NCBI GenBank assembly: GCA_963793305.1
Contig: CAWBZV010000003.1
Location: 192,001-256,000 of the forward strand
DNA from: an uncultured Gemmatimonadales bacterium
Lineage (GTDB): Bacteria > Gemmatimonadota > Gemmatimonadetes > Gemmatimonadales > Gemmatimonadaceae
Length of the DNA stretch: 64,000 bases
Direction of reading: 5' to 3'
A model generated the notes under the pieces. It did no database searches. It was given only the letters and a program-made list of their open reading frames with translations, and had not been told where the DNA came from. Positions 53,271-63,483 of the stretch are shown here, piece after piece (the first letter of the stretch is position 1; every line of letters begins with the position of its first letter). A program made the translations under genes and the position numbers.

Positions 53271-53935
53271 TTGTAACTTATTAAATCGAACCGCAGCCCA
53301 CGCCGGACGCGACGCCGGCGCTTCGGCGCATAGCGAAAGAGCTGCGCGGGTCGTCCGCGTCCTTCGCTCCGCCACTCGTCCGTCGGCTCGACCAATGTCG
53401 CCGCCTGCAGCGCGCGCCGAAAGCTCGCCTTGTGCAGCCGCCGCCCAAGCATGATCTCGTAGACGCGCTGCAAGTCGCTCAGCGTGAACCGTTGCGGCAA
53501 AAGCCGAAACGCGACCGGCGTCGAATCGATCTTCTGTCGCGCGGAATCTGTGGATGCCTCGATAATGGCTCGTTGCCGTGGCGATAGTGGTGGCAATTCC
53601 ACTACTGGGAACCACGCACTCTCGTCATTCGATCGCGTGAGCGTCCCCACTGGTACCGCGCCAACGAACGCGATCGACAACTCGGCATCGCTCGGATGCC
53701 GCCGGCTATCCGCGAACGCGCCCACTTGATCCATCCAAGCGACCTGAGCCGTGACGACACTCCTGGCGACCCGTGCCGCCGCGTCCTCGAGCGTCGCGTC
53801 CCCGGCTTTGGCGACGCTCCACGGCAGCGACCACCGCTCGGCCGACCCCTGTGGTGATCGAACCAGCAGGACAGCCAGGTGTCGATCAAGCGGGGTCAGC
53901 AATACGACATCGACGGAGTAGCTCGGGCTACGCAT
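53267..53935 (-). CDS. NrtR-like Nudix-wHTH regulator
   Basis: Degenerate Nudix domain, LLPQRFTLSDLQRVYE, GRGRPAQLFRY. Confidence 0.85.
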   Translation of the reverse strand: MRSPSYSVDVVLLTPLDRHLAVLLVRSPQGSAERWSLPWSVAKAGDATLEDAAARVARSVVTAQVAWMDQVGAFADSRRHPSDAELSIAFVGAVPVGTLTRSNDESAWFPVVELPPLSPRQRAIIEASTDSARQKIDSTPVAFRLLPQRFTLSDLQRVYEIMLGRRLHKASFRRALQAATLVEPTDEWRSEGRGRPAQLFRYAPKRRRRVRRGLRFDLISYN

Positions 53936-53968
53936 ATGCCCACTATTAGTTCTCCGTCGCGACTTAAA

Positions 53969-55729
53969 TCAAGGGGTTGACCCGGCTCCGTACGGCGCGT
54001 AAGGAGGGATCGAAATCGGCAGTCTCCCGGTCGCGGGCGCGAGCCCCAGGATCACTCGCGCGGCGGCTTGCTGCGACACGGGGAATCCGCCCCAGCCGAC
54101 GACATAATTCTGGGCCCACGGGATCTGCTGCAGGAAGTACGGGTTGCCGAGGGCGACGATGATCGGGCGCCGGAGCTTCTGCAGAAAAGAGATAACCGAT
54201 CCCGGCGCGTTGAGGCTCGCCGCATCCCAGCTCTGGGCGACATACGACGACACGATGACCACGTCGGCCGAGTCGGCCGTCGCCATCAGCGCATACGTGT
54301 CGCCCGGCTGGTCGGCGTCGACATACTCGGCCCGCAATCCGGGAAAATTCTGTCGCAGGACCGCGTTGAACGTGATGCCCGCGCCAAGGTCCGCCCGGCG
54401 CGCCACGGTGATGCTCAGGACCCGGGCATTCTTATTCAGTCTGCCAATCGGCAACTGGTGCAGCGAGTCCCGGACGATGGTTATCGACCGCTCGGCCACA
54501 GTTTTGGCCAGCGCCTGGTCGGCCGAGTCCCCAACGATATCGCTGATGCTATCGAGATCGACCAGCCGGTGCCGGTCCAAGTGCAGCGCGTGTTTCATGT
54601 TCAGCAGTCGCCGCACCGACTCGTCGAGCCGTGCCTCGGTATACCGCCCCTCGTGCACCCCATCGACAATCGCATTGATGGCTTGAGCCACGTCCTTCGG
54701 CTGAATGAGCACATCAGCTCCAGCCGCCACGGCGCGCTTCGCCGCTTCGACGGCGCCGTACTGTACCAGCACACCCTGCATATCCATGGCGTCAGAGATC
54801 ACGACCCCTTTGAACCCCAGCTCGCCTCTCAACAACCCGGTCAGCACCTTGGGAGATAACGTCCCGGGTGCGCCAGATGAATCGAGCGCCGGCATCGATC
54901 CATGGAACGACATAATGGCACCAACGCCAGCGCTGACCGCCGCACGGAATGGGACCAGTTCAACGGTGTCTAGACGAGCGCGCGAGACGTTTACGACCGG
55001 GAGTGCGAGGTGCGAGTTCGTCTCCGTGTCGCCATGACCGGGAAAATGTTTTCCGGTGGCGATCATCCCGTGATCTTGGAGTCCAGCGATAAACGCCCGG
55101 CCGAACGCTGCGTCGAGCGAGGGTGACTCTCCGTACGATCTCGTGTTGATCACCGGGTTGCTCGCGTTGTTGTTCACGTCGAGCACCGGTGCGTAGTCGA
55201 TATGTATGCCGAGCGCGCGCCCTTCGGCCGCCGTCACTCTGGCCTCTTCGTAGGCGAGCATCGTGTCGCGCGTAGCCCCGAATGCCATCTCCGGGGGAAA
55301 CACGACGGCGCCGCCCAGGTCTATGGCATTGGGCAGGAAGTACCCGCCCCGCGCCCGCTGGCCAGCGCCAAACTCCAGATCGGCGCCCACTAATAGAGGG
55401 ACCGCGGCGGATCGCTGCAGTGCGTTCAGCTTCTCGGCGATCTCGAGTGGGGAGCCTACCGAGACCGTGAGTCCGCCGACGCCTTCATCGACGACGTAGT
55501 GCCGAATGGCTCGCCACTGCGGCGAATCCGTGCTGACGAAGTCGCCGATCATGCTCGGCCAGACCATCTGCGCGGCCTTCTGGCGCAGAGTCATGCTCGC
55601 CATCACGGAATCCACCCACACGGCAGGTGGTGGCCTAAGCGCAGACGGCTGTGTCACGACAGGTCGAGTCCGTGCACAGCCGAGGGCGAACAGCGCGGCA
55701 GCCAGAGGCGCAGCGCGAAGCGCGCGCAT
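53969..55729 (-). CDS. GH3 beta-N-acetylhexosaminidase lipoprotein
   Basis: KHFPGHGDTETNSH NagZ-type motif, ISDAMDM, LGC lipobox. Confidence 0.9.
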   Translation of the reverse strand: MRALRAAPLAAALFALGCARTRPVVTQPSALRPPPAVWVDSVMASMTLRQKAAQMVWPSMIGDFVSTDSPQWRAIRHYVVDEGVGGLTVSVGSPLEIAEKLNALQRSAAVPLLVGADLEFGAGQRARGGYFLPNAIDLGGAVVFPPEMAFGATRDTMLAYEEARVTAAEGRALGIHIDYAPVLDVNNNASNPVINTRSYGESPSLDAAFGRAFIAGLQDHGMIATGKHFPGHGDTETNSHLALPVVNVSRARLDTVELVPFRAAVSAGVGAIMSFHGSMPALDSSGAPGTLSPKVLTGLLRGELGFKGVVISDAMDMQGVLVQYGAVEAAKRAVAAGADVLIQPKDVAQAINAIVDGVHEGRYTEARLDESVRRLLNMKHALHLDRHRLVDLDSISDIVGDSADQALAKTVAERSITIVRDSLHQLPIGRLNKNARVLSITVARRADLGAGITFNAVLRQNFPGLRAEYVDADQPGDTYALMATADSADVVIVSSYVAQSWDAASLNAPGSVISFLQKLRRPIIVALGNPYFLQQIPWAQNYVVGWGGFPVSQQAAARVILGLAPATGRLPISIPPYAPYGAGSTP

Positions 55730-55734
55730 GGCGC

Positions 55735-56004
55735 TTACCAGTTGATAGTTCCCTGCTTCGACGTGTCCACGTCTTCCTGACGCCCGGACTTGAACAAAAA
55801 CGCGTCCAGGTTCCGCGTCAGGAATTGTCTCGCCTGGGGATCCATGACATTCAACCCGTAGTGGTTGATGAGCATAGTCTGCTGTTTGAGCCACTGACCC
55901 CAGCACTCTTTGCAGATCTCCGCGACGATGCGCTGCCCCAGGGCGCCGGGAAATGGCGCCTTCTCGAATCCCTCGCGAGACTGGCCGCAACGGGTACAGG
56001 TCAC
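55735..56004 (-). CDS. yggX: YggX-like Fe(II)-trafficking/oxidative damage protection protein
   Basis: PFPGALGQRI, WGQWLKQQTMLIN, ARQFL. Confidence 0.85.
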   Translation of the reverse strand: MTCTRCGQSREGFEKAPFPGALGQRIVAEICKECWGQWLKQQTMLINHYGLNVMDPQARQFLTRNLDAFLFKSGRQEDVDTSKQGTINW

Positions 56005-56005
56005 T

Positions 56006-56761
56006 TTACGCGGTCACACGGGCGTATTGGACCTTGGCCAGGCGAACGAGCGCCAGGAGGCGGATATAGAACCAGCCCACATCGAACTCGAACCACTTGG
56101 CCTTGAACTTGGCCGAGTGCGGATCGGCGTGGTGGTTGTTGTGGAGCTCTTCGCCGCCGAGCCAGATCGCCAGTGGCACGATGTTCCGGCTCTCGTCCTT
56201 GACGTCGAAGCTCCGGTAGCCGATCGCGTGGCCAATGCCGTTGATCACGCCGGCAGCCCAGAACGGGATCCAGATCATCTGCACGGCCCAGACGATCGCG
56301 CCGATCATGAGGCCGAAGAGATAGAGGTCGATCCCGAGGAGCAGGACAATGCCGAGCGTGTTACGGCGAGTCAGGAGGTGGCGCTCGAGCCAGTCGTTCG
56401 GCGTGCCCTTGCCGTACTTCTCCAGCACGCCGGGCTGGCCAATGGTCTTCCGGTAATAGAAGGCACCCTTGATCAGGATGTTGCGCAGCCCTTCGAGGAG
56501 CGGGCTGTGCGGATCACCCTCGCGGTCGGCAAACGCGTGGTGCTTGCGGTGCACGGCGACCCACTCCTTCGTGACGATCGACGTGGTCAGCCAGAGCCAG
56601 ATCCGCATGGGGATCGACGCGATCGCGTGGAAGGTCACGCTGCAATGCGTTTGCGAGCGGTGCAGAAACAAAGTCACGCACACGTTGGTGATGTGTCCCA
56701 TCACGACCACGACCACGATCGGGATCCACCAGTGTGACGACAAGATGCCGTAGAAGGGCAT
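56006..56761 (-). CDS. Delta-9-type fatty acid desaturase
   Basis: His boxes HRSQTH, HRKHH, HNNHH. Confidence 0.92.
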   Translation of the reverse strand: MPFYGILSSHWWIPIVVVVVMGHITNVCVTLFLHRSQTHCSVTFHAIASIPMRIWLWLTTSIVTKEWVAVHRKHHAFADREGDPHSPLLEGLRNILIKGAFYYRKTIGQPGVLEKYGKGTPNDWLERHLLTRRNTLGIVLLLGIDLYLFGLMIGAIVWAVQMIWIPFWAAGVINGIGHAIGYRSFDVKDESRNIVPLAIWLGGEELHNNHHADPHSAKFKAKWFEFDVGWFYIRLLALVRLAKVQYARVTA

Positions 56762-56828
56762 TCACATTCCTCGAAGATGAGTCGACGCTACTTGAACTTA
56801 GCGGATTTTCCCGCTTCGCGCGACCGGC

Positions 56829-58691
56829 CTACTTATTGACGCTCGGTGCGTTCAATCCGGCACTCGGTGGAGCGCCCCACGTGTCATTCGCCGGATTCCA
56901 GTCGGGCACCATGCCATCCGGCCAGAGCCGCGCGCCAGTCACCGCGCTTTTGACAGTGACTACCGCCTTGAACACGTTTCCGCGCGACCAAATGTCGACG
57001 GGCAGGTGAACGTCTTGCGTCGACCCATTGGCGAGCGCCAATCGCATGGACACGGGAAACACGATCGACGTGTTCTTGCTCAGGGTCACGACCGCCACCT
57101 CCGCACCGTCCTGCTCGCTGTTCACGACGTTGTCGATGCCGATATCCAGCACGTCGGTCGAGTAAAAGAACCCGCGCCAGAACCACGACAAATCCTGTCC
57201 CGACACGTTCTCCATCGTCCGGAAGAAGTCGGCCGGTGTTGGATGCTTGAACGCCCAGCGATGGACGTACTCCCGCATGGCGCGGTCCATGGTCTCGCGA
57301 CCGATGACATTGTTCCGCAGCGTGAGCAGCACCGCGCCGGGTTTGCGGTAGCCGACCGCGTCGTAGCCCTTTTCGCTGATGTGGTCGGGCGCGGTCATGA
57401 GCGGCGTCTGGGAGCCGTTGTCGACGGCGGCTTTCCAGTCAGCCAGGTATGTGCTCCAGACTGACGTCCCGGGATACCGGGCGTCATTCGCGAACGCATT
57501 CATGTACGTGTTGATCCCTTCATCCATCCACGCATAGCGCCGCTCGTTCGACCCGACGATCATCGGGAACCACTCGTGCCCTTGCTCGTGATTGAGCACG
57601 CGGAAGATCGATTGCGGATCGTCGGTGCCGTAGGGCACCATCACGAACATCGGATACTCCATCCCCGTGAGCGTCCCCGTGACCGTGGTCGCTTGCGGGT
57701 ACGGGTATGGATACAGAAGCTCCGAGTACTGCCGGATGGTCCACTGCGTCATCTCGGCGGCGGACTCCCAGCTTTTGTGTGCCTTGGCGATCTGGTAGTA
57801 CGCCTGGCAGAGAACGCCGTGCCAACTCGTCGCATCCCACCGGAAATCCGGCGCGGCCGCCCACGCCACATCTCTCACGCGCACGGCTCTGAATCGCCAC
57901 GTTTTCGTGCCCCGCGTCGTCTTGGCGACCGCCTCTGAATCCGCGATGATGGCAATGACCGCGCTCGATTCGCTCGCGCGCGCCAATCGCGACTGTTGGG
58001 TGGATGTCAGGACGTCGCGAGCATTTTGTAGAGTCCCGGAGCCCGCGACCGTGTAGCCGGCCGGTACCGTTACCGAGTAGTCGATATCCCCGTACTCGAG
58101 ATAGAACTCGCCTTGGCCGAGGTACTGATCGACGTTCCACCCGCGAACGTCATCATAGACGGCCATGCGGGGATACCACTGGGCGATCGTGTACAATGTC
58201 CCGTCGCGACCCATGCGATCCGAGCCGTGCACCGGCACGACGAACGAGTACGCCACCGCAATCGTGATCGTGCCGCCATGCGGCGGAAGCGGCGACGCGA
58301 GATCGAGCCGCATCATGGTGTCGTGGATCTTGGGCTCGACGCGCACCCCATCGACCTTCACGTCGGACAACGTGTACCCGCCATCAGTGTCCGTGGCGAA
58401 CAGGTACGACCCCTCGCTGCCCGCACGAAACAGATTCTGATCGAGTTGCATCCAGACGAACCGCAATGTGTCCGGCGAGTTGTTCGTGTACCGCACGGTC
58501 ACGGATCCGGTCACACGCTTTGCCCCGGTGTCGAGCGCGGCGGCGATCGTGTAGTCGGCCCGCTGCTGCCAATACTCTGGGCCGGGCTCGCCCGTCGACG
58601 ATCGATACGCGTTCGGCCCAGGCCAATCGTCGCGCTCTTGAGCCTGGGCCGTCACCGCGCCGAGGAGCAACACAGCGATCAGAGCTTTCAT
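56829..58691 (-). CDS. M1-family metallo-aminopeptidase (secreted)
   Basis: GMEYP; HEQGH...WMDEG; signal peptide. Confidence 0.9.
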   Translation of the reverse strand: MKALIAVLLLGAVTAQAQERDDWPGPNAYRSSTGEPGPEYWQQRADYTIAAALDTGAKRVTGSVTVRYTNNSPDTLRFVWMQLDQNLFRAGSEGSYLFATDTDGGYTLSDVKVDGVRVEPKIHDTMMRLDLASPLPPHGGTITIAVAYSFVVPVHGSDRMGRDGTLYTIAQWYPRMAVYDDVRGWNVDQYLGQGEFYLEYGDIDYSVTVPAGYTVAGSGTLQNARDVLTSTQQSRLARASESSAVIAIIADSEAVAKTTRGTKTWRFRAVRVRDVAWAAAPDFRWDATSWHGVLCQAYYQIAKAHKSWESAAEMTQWTIRQYSELLYPYPYPQATTVTGTLTGMEYPMFVMVPYGTDDPQSIFRVLNHEQGHEWFPMIVGSNERRYAWMDEGINTYMNAFANDARYPGTSVWSTYLADWKAAVDNGSQTPLMTAPDHISEKGYDAVGYRKPGAVLLTLRNNVIGRETMDRAMREYVHRWAFKHPTPADFFRTMENVSGQDLSWFWRGFFYSTDVLDIGIDNVVNSEQDGAEVAVVTLSKNTSIVFPVSMRLALANGSTQDVHLPVDIWSRGNVFKAVVTVKSAVTGARLWPDGMVPDWNPANDTWGAPPSAGLNAPSVNK

Positions 58692-60052
58692 ATCACCACG
58701 GCAAGAGTGTCGACCCGTCCGGTCGCCTCATCGATGATGGCGACACGGTGGGCATTGGTGTCCGCGACATACACTTTGCCGTCGTGATACACCACACCAC
58801 TCGGCTCGGCGAGCCCACGCACCCAGGTATCAACCCGGCGCGTCGCGGGATCGACCCACTTGATGGCGTCATTGTACGAATCCGTAATGAGCAGCCGGCC
58901 ATCGGGATGCCGCGCGATGCCCTGGGGATGCTCGAGCCGGACCTCGTCGCCCACGCCGTCCTTGTCGCCGAAGTCAAAGAGCCCAGTCCCGACTATCGTC
59001 TGCACCCTCGCATTGGCTCCCAGCGTGGCGTACCGGACGGCACTCGACTCCGCGTCCACAAAGTCCAGCCGGTCGCCACCGCCCACGATGCCCATGGGCT
59101 GTGCCAGCAATGCCGCCTGAGCAGGGCCGTCAACGATGTCTTCCCCGGGCGCGCCGGCGAAGAGCGAAGCGTGGCCGCCCTCGATGCGCCAGATCTGATG
59201 TCGCCCGGCGCCGGCTACATAGACGGCTGGCCCGACGACAGTGAGGTCCCAGGGTGAAGAGATGCGTCCCGCGATGGGCTCCATAGTTCCGCGGGAGAGA
59301 TCCCCGACTACCACCCGATGGTTCGCCCGATCCGCGATGTACAGCCGGTCGCCAGCAAACGCGACGCCCTGAGGAGACGCTAGCCCGTTGAACTCGCGCT
59401 CGACCCGCATCGCAGTGCCACCCTCGCCGAGCCGGCCGACGAGCACACGGTCGTGCCCGCTATCGGCGATGGCAATGCGATCGCCGTCGATCGTGACCTT
59501 GCCGGGGTACCGAAGGACACCAGGGGCGATTGCCGGATCATCGGGCGGGAAATGCCGAGGTGTCCGGTCGATCAGCCCGTCTGGATCGAACGCTCCAATA
59601 AGCCGCTCGATAAACGGCTCCAGCATCTCGCTCGTGAACTCACCGGCATGCGACCCGACGACATACCCGGTCGGATCGACGGCCACGACCGTCGGCCACG
59701 CCCGCACGGCGTAGCTCCGCCAGATGCGAAACTGCCGATCGTTGACGATCGGATGGAGGTTGTCCAGGCGTAACGCCGCCTCGCGGATGCGCGGCGTCTC
59801 GCGCTCGGCGATGAACTTGCCGCTCTCCACGCCGATGATCGCGATCTCGCGAGGGAACTGCCGCTCGAGCTCCCGCAACTGCGGGAGTACGTGAATGCAG
59901 TTGATTCAGCCGTAGGTCCAGAAGTCGAGCAGGACGATCTTCCCCTTGAACATATCCAGGGTCAGCGCCTGCCCGCCGGTGTTGATCCAATCGAGGCCGG
60001 ACGGGAACTGCGGGGCCCGGACGCGCGGCTGCGTCATCTCTCGTTCAGTCAT
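58688..60052 (-). CDS. Thioredoxin-like + NHL-repeat protein (NHLRC2-like), probable selenoprotein (UGA at 59906-59908)
   Basis: Two same-frame ORFs separated only by TGA: LLDFWTYG-U-INCIH; NHL repeats follow; alternative start 60037. Confidence 0.85.
59870..59887 (-). promoter_or_regulatory. Candidate bacterial SECIS hairpin CUCCCGC-AGUU-GCGGGAG
   Basis: Perfect 7-bp stem starting 18 nt after the UGA; G-containing apical loop 25 nt after it. Confidence 0.7.
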
Positions 60053-60737
60053 ATGGGAAGAGTAGCAACTCGCCCGCGGGGAAGTCGAAGACGGTGATCC
60101 ATCGACAGAAGAGGTCGGCGCCCAGCGAGCCCGCAATTTTCATATCGCTCGGTCGCACCTCGACCGACTCCGTCACGGTCACGCCGCCAGGTAGTGACAC
60201 AGTGAGATCCACGCGGCCGTTCGGTCCCGGTACAAAGGAAGTCTGCTGGTACCCGATCATGAAACGCTGACCACCGATGGTCACGAAGTTGCCCTTGAAC
60301 GGGAGGCGACTCACGGGACCATCCAGTGACAGGGCGTCGCGAGTGGTCGCGAAGGCCATGGCCGGCACGGATGCGTCGATGGCCACGACACCGTCGTGGA
60401 AAAACTTCATGCACAGGAATCCGCCAATGGGAGGATCTCCGAAGCGGTACTCTTGGCCGACCACCGCGCGCGTACCCGTGACCGTACGACCGAACGCCGA
60501 TAGCGCCCTGATCTCAGTGAAACGATTCGGGCCCTCGGCGCTCACTGCCAGCCCGCGGTCCTGAGCGTACGATTCATACAGAAAGCAATCGAACGTGCGG
60601 CCGTTCGAGAACATCAGCTGGACCGGCTCGTCGTCGATGCGCGCGGGAATGAATACGACGCCGCCGGAGTTCGTCCGACAGCGAACCATCTCCTCCACGG
60701 TGAAACCCAGCTTTTCGAGCCGCGTTGACCAGCTCAT
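60045..60737 (-). CDS. Tandem retropepsin-like protein lacking catalytic DTG motifs
   Basis: FIPARIDDEPVQLMFSNG...GGFLCMKFF..VVAID; GSLGADLF..ITVFDF; start uncertain. Confidence 0.55.
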   Translation of the reverse strand: MSWSTRLEKLGFTVEEMVRCRTNSGGVVFIPARIDDEPVQLMFSNGRTFDCFLYESYAQDRGLAVSAEGPNRFTEIRALSAFGRTVTGTRAVVGQEYRFGDPPIGGFLCMKFFHDGVVAIDASVPAMAFATTRDALSLDGPVSRLPFKGNFVTIGGQRFMIGYQQTSFVPGPNGRVDLTVSLPGGVTVTESVEVRPSDMKIAGSLGADLFCRWITVFDFPAGELLLFPYD

Positions 60738-60780
60738 TGGTCGCCTCATGTGGCGTGTGTTCCGGCACCGCGCCCATAGT

Positions 60781-61335
60781 ATGGTCATCGGCGGCATGAA
60801 TGTCTTCACGTCCGACGATTCCGACATGGGCCGGGCGGTCGCCTTGCGCGCCCGCCTCGGACTCGCGCTGGACCTCATCGACCAATACGCGCCGCGAATC
60901 GGGGTCCGGCTACGCCGCAACGTCGTCGCCATCTTCCTCTGGCGAGTCGGAGGCACGTCGTACAACCCCTACACGCGAGTGATCCTGGTGGACGTGCGGT
61001 GGGGCATGATAGGGGAGCTCGAAGATCTGGCCCTCTCCCTGGTACACGAGGCGACGCATGCGCGGCAAATGACGATGGGGCTGCGCAAGCTGCGGCGCGG
61101 CAAAGGTCTCGAGCGGCGCATGGAGGCGCACGCGGTCGCCGCGAGCATCGCCTTTGCCGACCGGCTGCCGCCCGGCAGGTGGCGGAAGCCCACGCTCGCG
61201 GATCTCGACAAGAAGTGGTGGACGCTCGAGAACCTGGAGGCGCGACTGACGAAGGATGTGAAGGAGATTGGCGTGCCCGCCGAAGCAATCCGGATGGTGG
61301 CCGGAGCCATGCGAATGCTCGGGCTGCGGCAATGA
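60781..61335 (+). CDS. Hypothetical HExxH metallopeptidase-like protein (start uncertain)
   Basis: SLVHEATHARQ with a downstream E; ATGA overlap with the next gene. Confidence 0.55.
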   Translation: MVIGGMNVFTSDDSDMGRAVALRARLGLALDLIDQYAPRIGVRLRRNVVAIFLWRVGGTSYNPYTRVILVDVRWGMIGELEDLALSLVHEATHARQMTMGLRKLRRGKGLERRMEAHAVAASIAFADRLPPGRWRKPTLADLDKKWWTLENLEARLTKDVKEIGVPAEAIRMVAGAMRMLGLRQ

Positions 61336-62420
61336 CGGATCAGATCCCGGCCCATCATCGCCCCGGTGGCGGATTTCAGAATCCCTGGGGCCCCGGGAGC
61401 CAGCAAGCGCGGTTCGGACAATTCTTGAGGTGGGCACTGTTCGAGCGCCCACGGACGACACGTCGGGGCACTCCCGACCGGGCCACGTTCGCGGCCGCTC
61501 ACCTGCCCGTGGCGCCGAGCTTCTCGGTTCGCGAGTCGCCCGAAACGCTCGCGATCACCTGGATCGGGCACTCCAGCTTTCTCGTTCAGATCGCCGGGCA
61601 AAACCTGTTGCTCGACCCCGTCTGGGGTGACCGCGCATCGCCGATATCCTGGCTCGGTCCCCAGCAATGGACCCCGCCCGGGATTCCGTTTGACGCGCTG
61701 CCGCCGGTCGACGGGGTCATCCTCTCGCATGACCACTACGACCACCTGGACCAGCCGACTGTACGGCGTTTGGTGAAGCGCTACCCCGAGGCTCAATGGC
61801 GCGCGCCATTGGGCGTGGGACACTGGTTACGCCGAAGGGGAGTGAGCCAAGTGCAGGAGGCCGATTGGTGGGACCAGACCGACCTCGGGCCCCTCAAGCT
61901 CACCGCGACACCGGCGCAGCACTTCTCGGGTCGCCGTCTCGATAATCGAAACGGGACCCTCTGGTGTGGATGGGTCATCCGCGGCGGCGCGGCTCCGCCG
62001 CGCGTCGAGGCGGCAAACAGCGCCGCTCGACTGGTCGGTTGGACCGATCCGGCTCCGCCGACTCCTCACACGGTATTTTTTGCCGGCGACACCGGCGCCC
62101 ACCCGGTTTTTCCCGAGATCGGACAGCGCCACGGCCCGTTCGACGCCGTGCTCATGCCGATCGGAGCCTACGACCCCGAGTGGTTCATGGGCCCCGTTCA
62201 CATCGACCCGGAGCGCGCGGTCTCGGCGTTCCAAGCCCTGAACGCCGGTGACGCCACCATGGTCGCCATGCATTGGGGTACGTTCCAGCTCACCGACGAG
62301 CCAATGGACGAACCCCCCAAACGCGCGACCGCTGCATGGGCGAATGCGGGTCTCCCGCCACACCGGCTCTGGATCCCATCACTCGGCGAGACGAGACGCT
62401 GGCCGTTACACACGCACTGA
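61332..62420 (+). CDS. MBL-fold metallo-hydrolase (NAPE-PLD/RomA-like)
   Basis: WIGHSSFL, SHDHYDHLD, PAQHFSGR, FAGDTG, MHWGTF. Confidence 0.92.
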   Translation: MTDQIPAHHRPGGGFQNPWGPGSQQARFGQFLRWALFERPRTTRRGTPDRATFAAAHLPVAPSFSVRESPETLAITWIGHSSFLVQIAGQNLLLDPVWGDRASPISWLGPQQWTPPGIPFDALPPVDGVILSHDHYDHLDQPTVRRLVKRYPEAQWRAPLGVGHWLRRRGVSQVQEADWWDQTDLGPLKLTATPAQHFSGRRLDNRNGTLWCGWVIRGGAAPPRVEAANSAARLVGWTDPAPPTPHTVFFAGDTGAHPVFPEIGQRHGPFDAVLMPIGAYDPEWFMGPVHIDPERAVSAFQALNAGDATMVAMHWGTFQLTDEPMDEPPKRATAAWANAGLPPHRLWIPSLGETRRWPLHTH

Positions 62421-62437
62421 GCTACCCTACGGGTAGC
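62421..62437. terminator. Hairpin GCTACCC-TAC-GGGTAGC after MBL gene
   Basis: Perfect 7-bp stem immediately after the stop; no U-tract. Confidence 0.4.
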
Positions 62438-62485
62438 ACGTAGCAGGCGCACACATTCTCCACCCGTCACATTGGAGCACGCGCC

Positions 62486-62942
62486 ATGGCCAGTTCGAAG
62501 CGCACACGTCGTCCCACGAAGTCGGCCCGCAAACCTGCTCGCGCGAAGTCATCGAAGCGCGCGAGTGCGCGCAGCAGTTCTACGCGCAGAACGTCAGCAC
62601 GTCGCGCCGCGAGCGCGACGAAGACGGCCAAGGTTGCGAAGAAGGCAGCCGCACCAGCAAAGAAGGTTGCCGCTCCCGCCAAAGCTGCTGCACCGGCGAA
62701 GAAGGTTGCTGCACCGGTGAAGGCAGTGAAGGCCGCCGCACCAGCAAAGAAGGCTGCTGCACCGGCGAAAGCAGCTGTCGCACCAGCTACCCGCACCCGT
62801 AGCACCCGCGCCAGTCGCACCAGCACCCACGCCAGTCGTCGCCGCCGCCGACGCGGCGCCAAAGGCAACGAGCAAGTCGAAGAAAGCTGCGGCGCCTGCG
62901 CCGACACCTGGTCCAGTTACCAGCGAGCCGCCGCGCATGTAG
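62486..62942 (+). CDS. Histone H1-like/AlgP-like K/A/P-rich protein, probable frameshift at ~62791
   Basis: AAPAKK repeats; removing one C gives APVAPAPVAPAPTP...KSKKAAAPAP...PPRM*. Confidence 0.7.
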
Positions 62943-62955
62943 CAGCGGAGCAGCG

Positions 62956-63483
62956 TCAGCGCTGGTTGGCTGACGCTGCCCGCTGGCGCTTCATCCGCTC
63001 GTACCGCGCGGCCGCCTTATAGCGATTGCCACACCCCTCAGCGCTGCAAAAGCGCCGCGCGTGATTCTTGGTAGTGTCGTAGAAGAACAAGACACAGCCC
63101 TTCCCCTCGCAGTGTTTCAGCAGCGAGTAGTCTCCGCTCGCCAGAAACTCCGCGGCCGAGCGCGCGACCGTTGAGAGCGCGCCGACTGGGTCCGTGAACG
63201 TGGTCACGGTGCGCAGCTCGCCTTTCGTCAACTGCGAATAGCTCGGCGCCGCCTTCAACACCCGATTGATTTCCGCCGTGGCAGAAAGCGAGCGATCGCC
63301 CGCTGCGATCGACTCGGCCTGCCGACGGAGCGCGGCCCGCAGCACGTGCGCCTCCTCGACGAGCCGCGGCGAACGCCGCACCTCTCCCCCGAGCCAGGAT
63401 TTGAGGTGGTCGAAGTCGGCGATGGCGTCGACCGGCTCGCCATGCACGACCATCTCCGTATTGACGAAGTCGAGCCAGAGCAC
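62956..63483 (-). CDS. ABATE/CGNR zinc-finger regulator
   Basis: LDFVNT; C..C...FYDTTKNHARRFCSAEGCGNR. Confidence 0.92.
   Translation of the reverse strand: MLWLDFVNTEMVVHGEPVDAIADFDHLKSWLGGEVRRSPRLVEEAHVLRAALRRQAESIAAGDRSLSATAEINRVLKAAPSYSQLTKGELRTVTTFTDPVGALSTVARSAAEFLASGDYSLLKHCEGKGCVLFFYDTTKNHARRFCSAEGCGNRYKAAARYERMKRQRAASANQR

Noticed and set aside
53936..53968. NrtR box upstream of the nrtR-like gene
   Set aside because: The AGT...ACT spacing does not fit the GT-N7-AC pattern
62630..62790. Tandem DNA repeats as a non-coding repeat element
   Set aside because: Explained by AAPAKK-type coding repeats with synonymous variation
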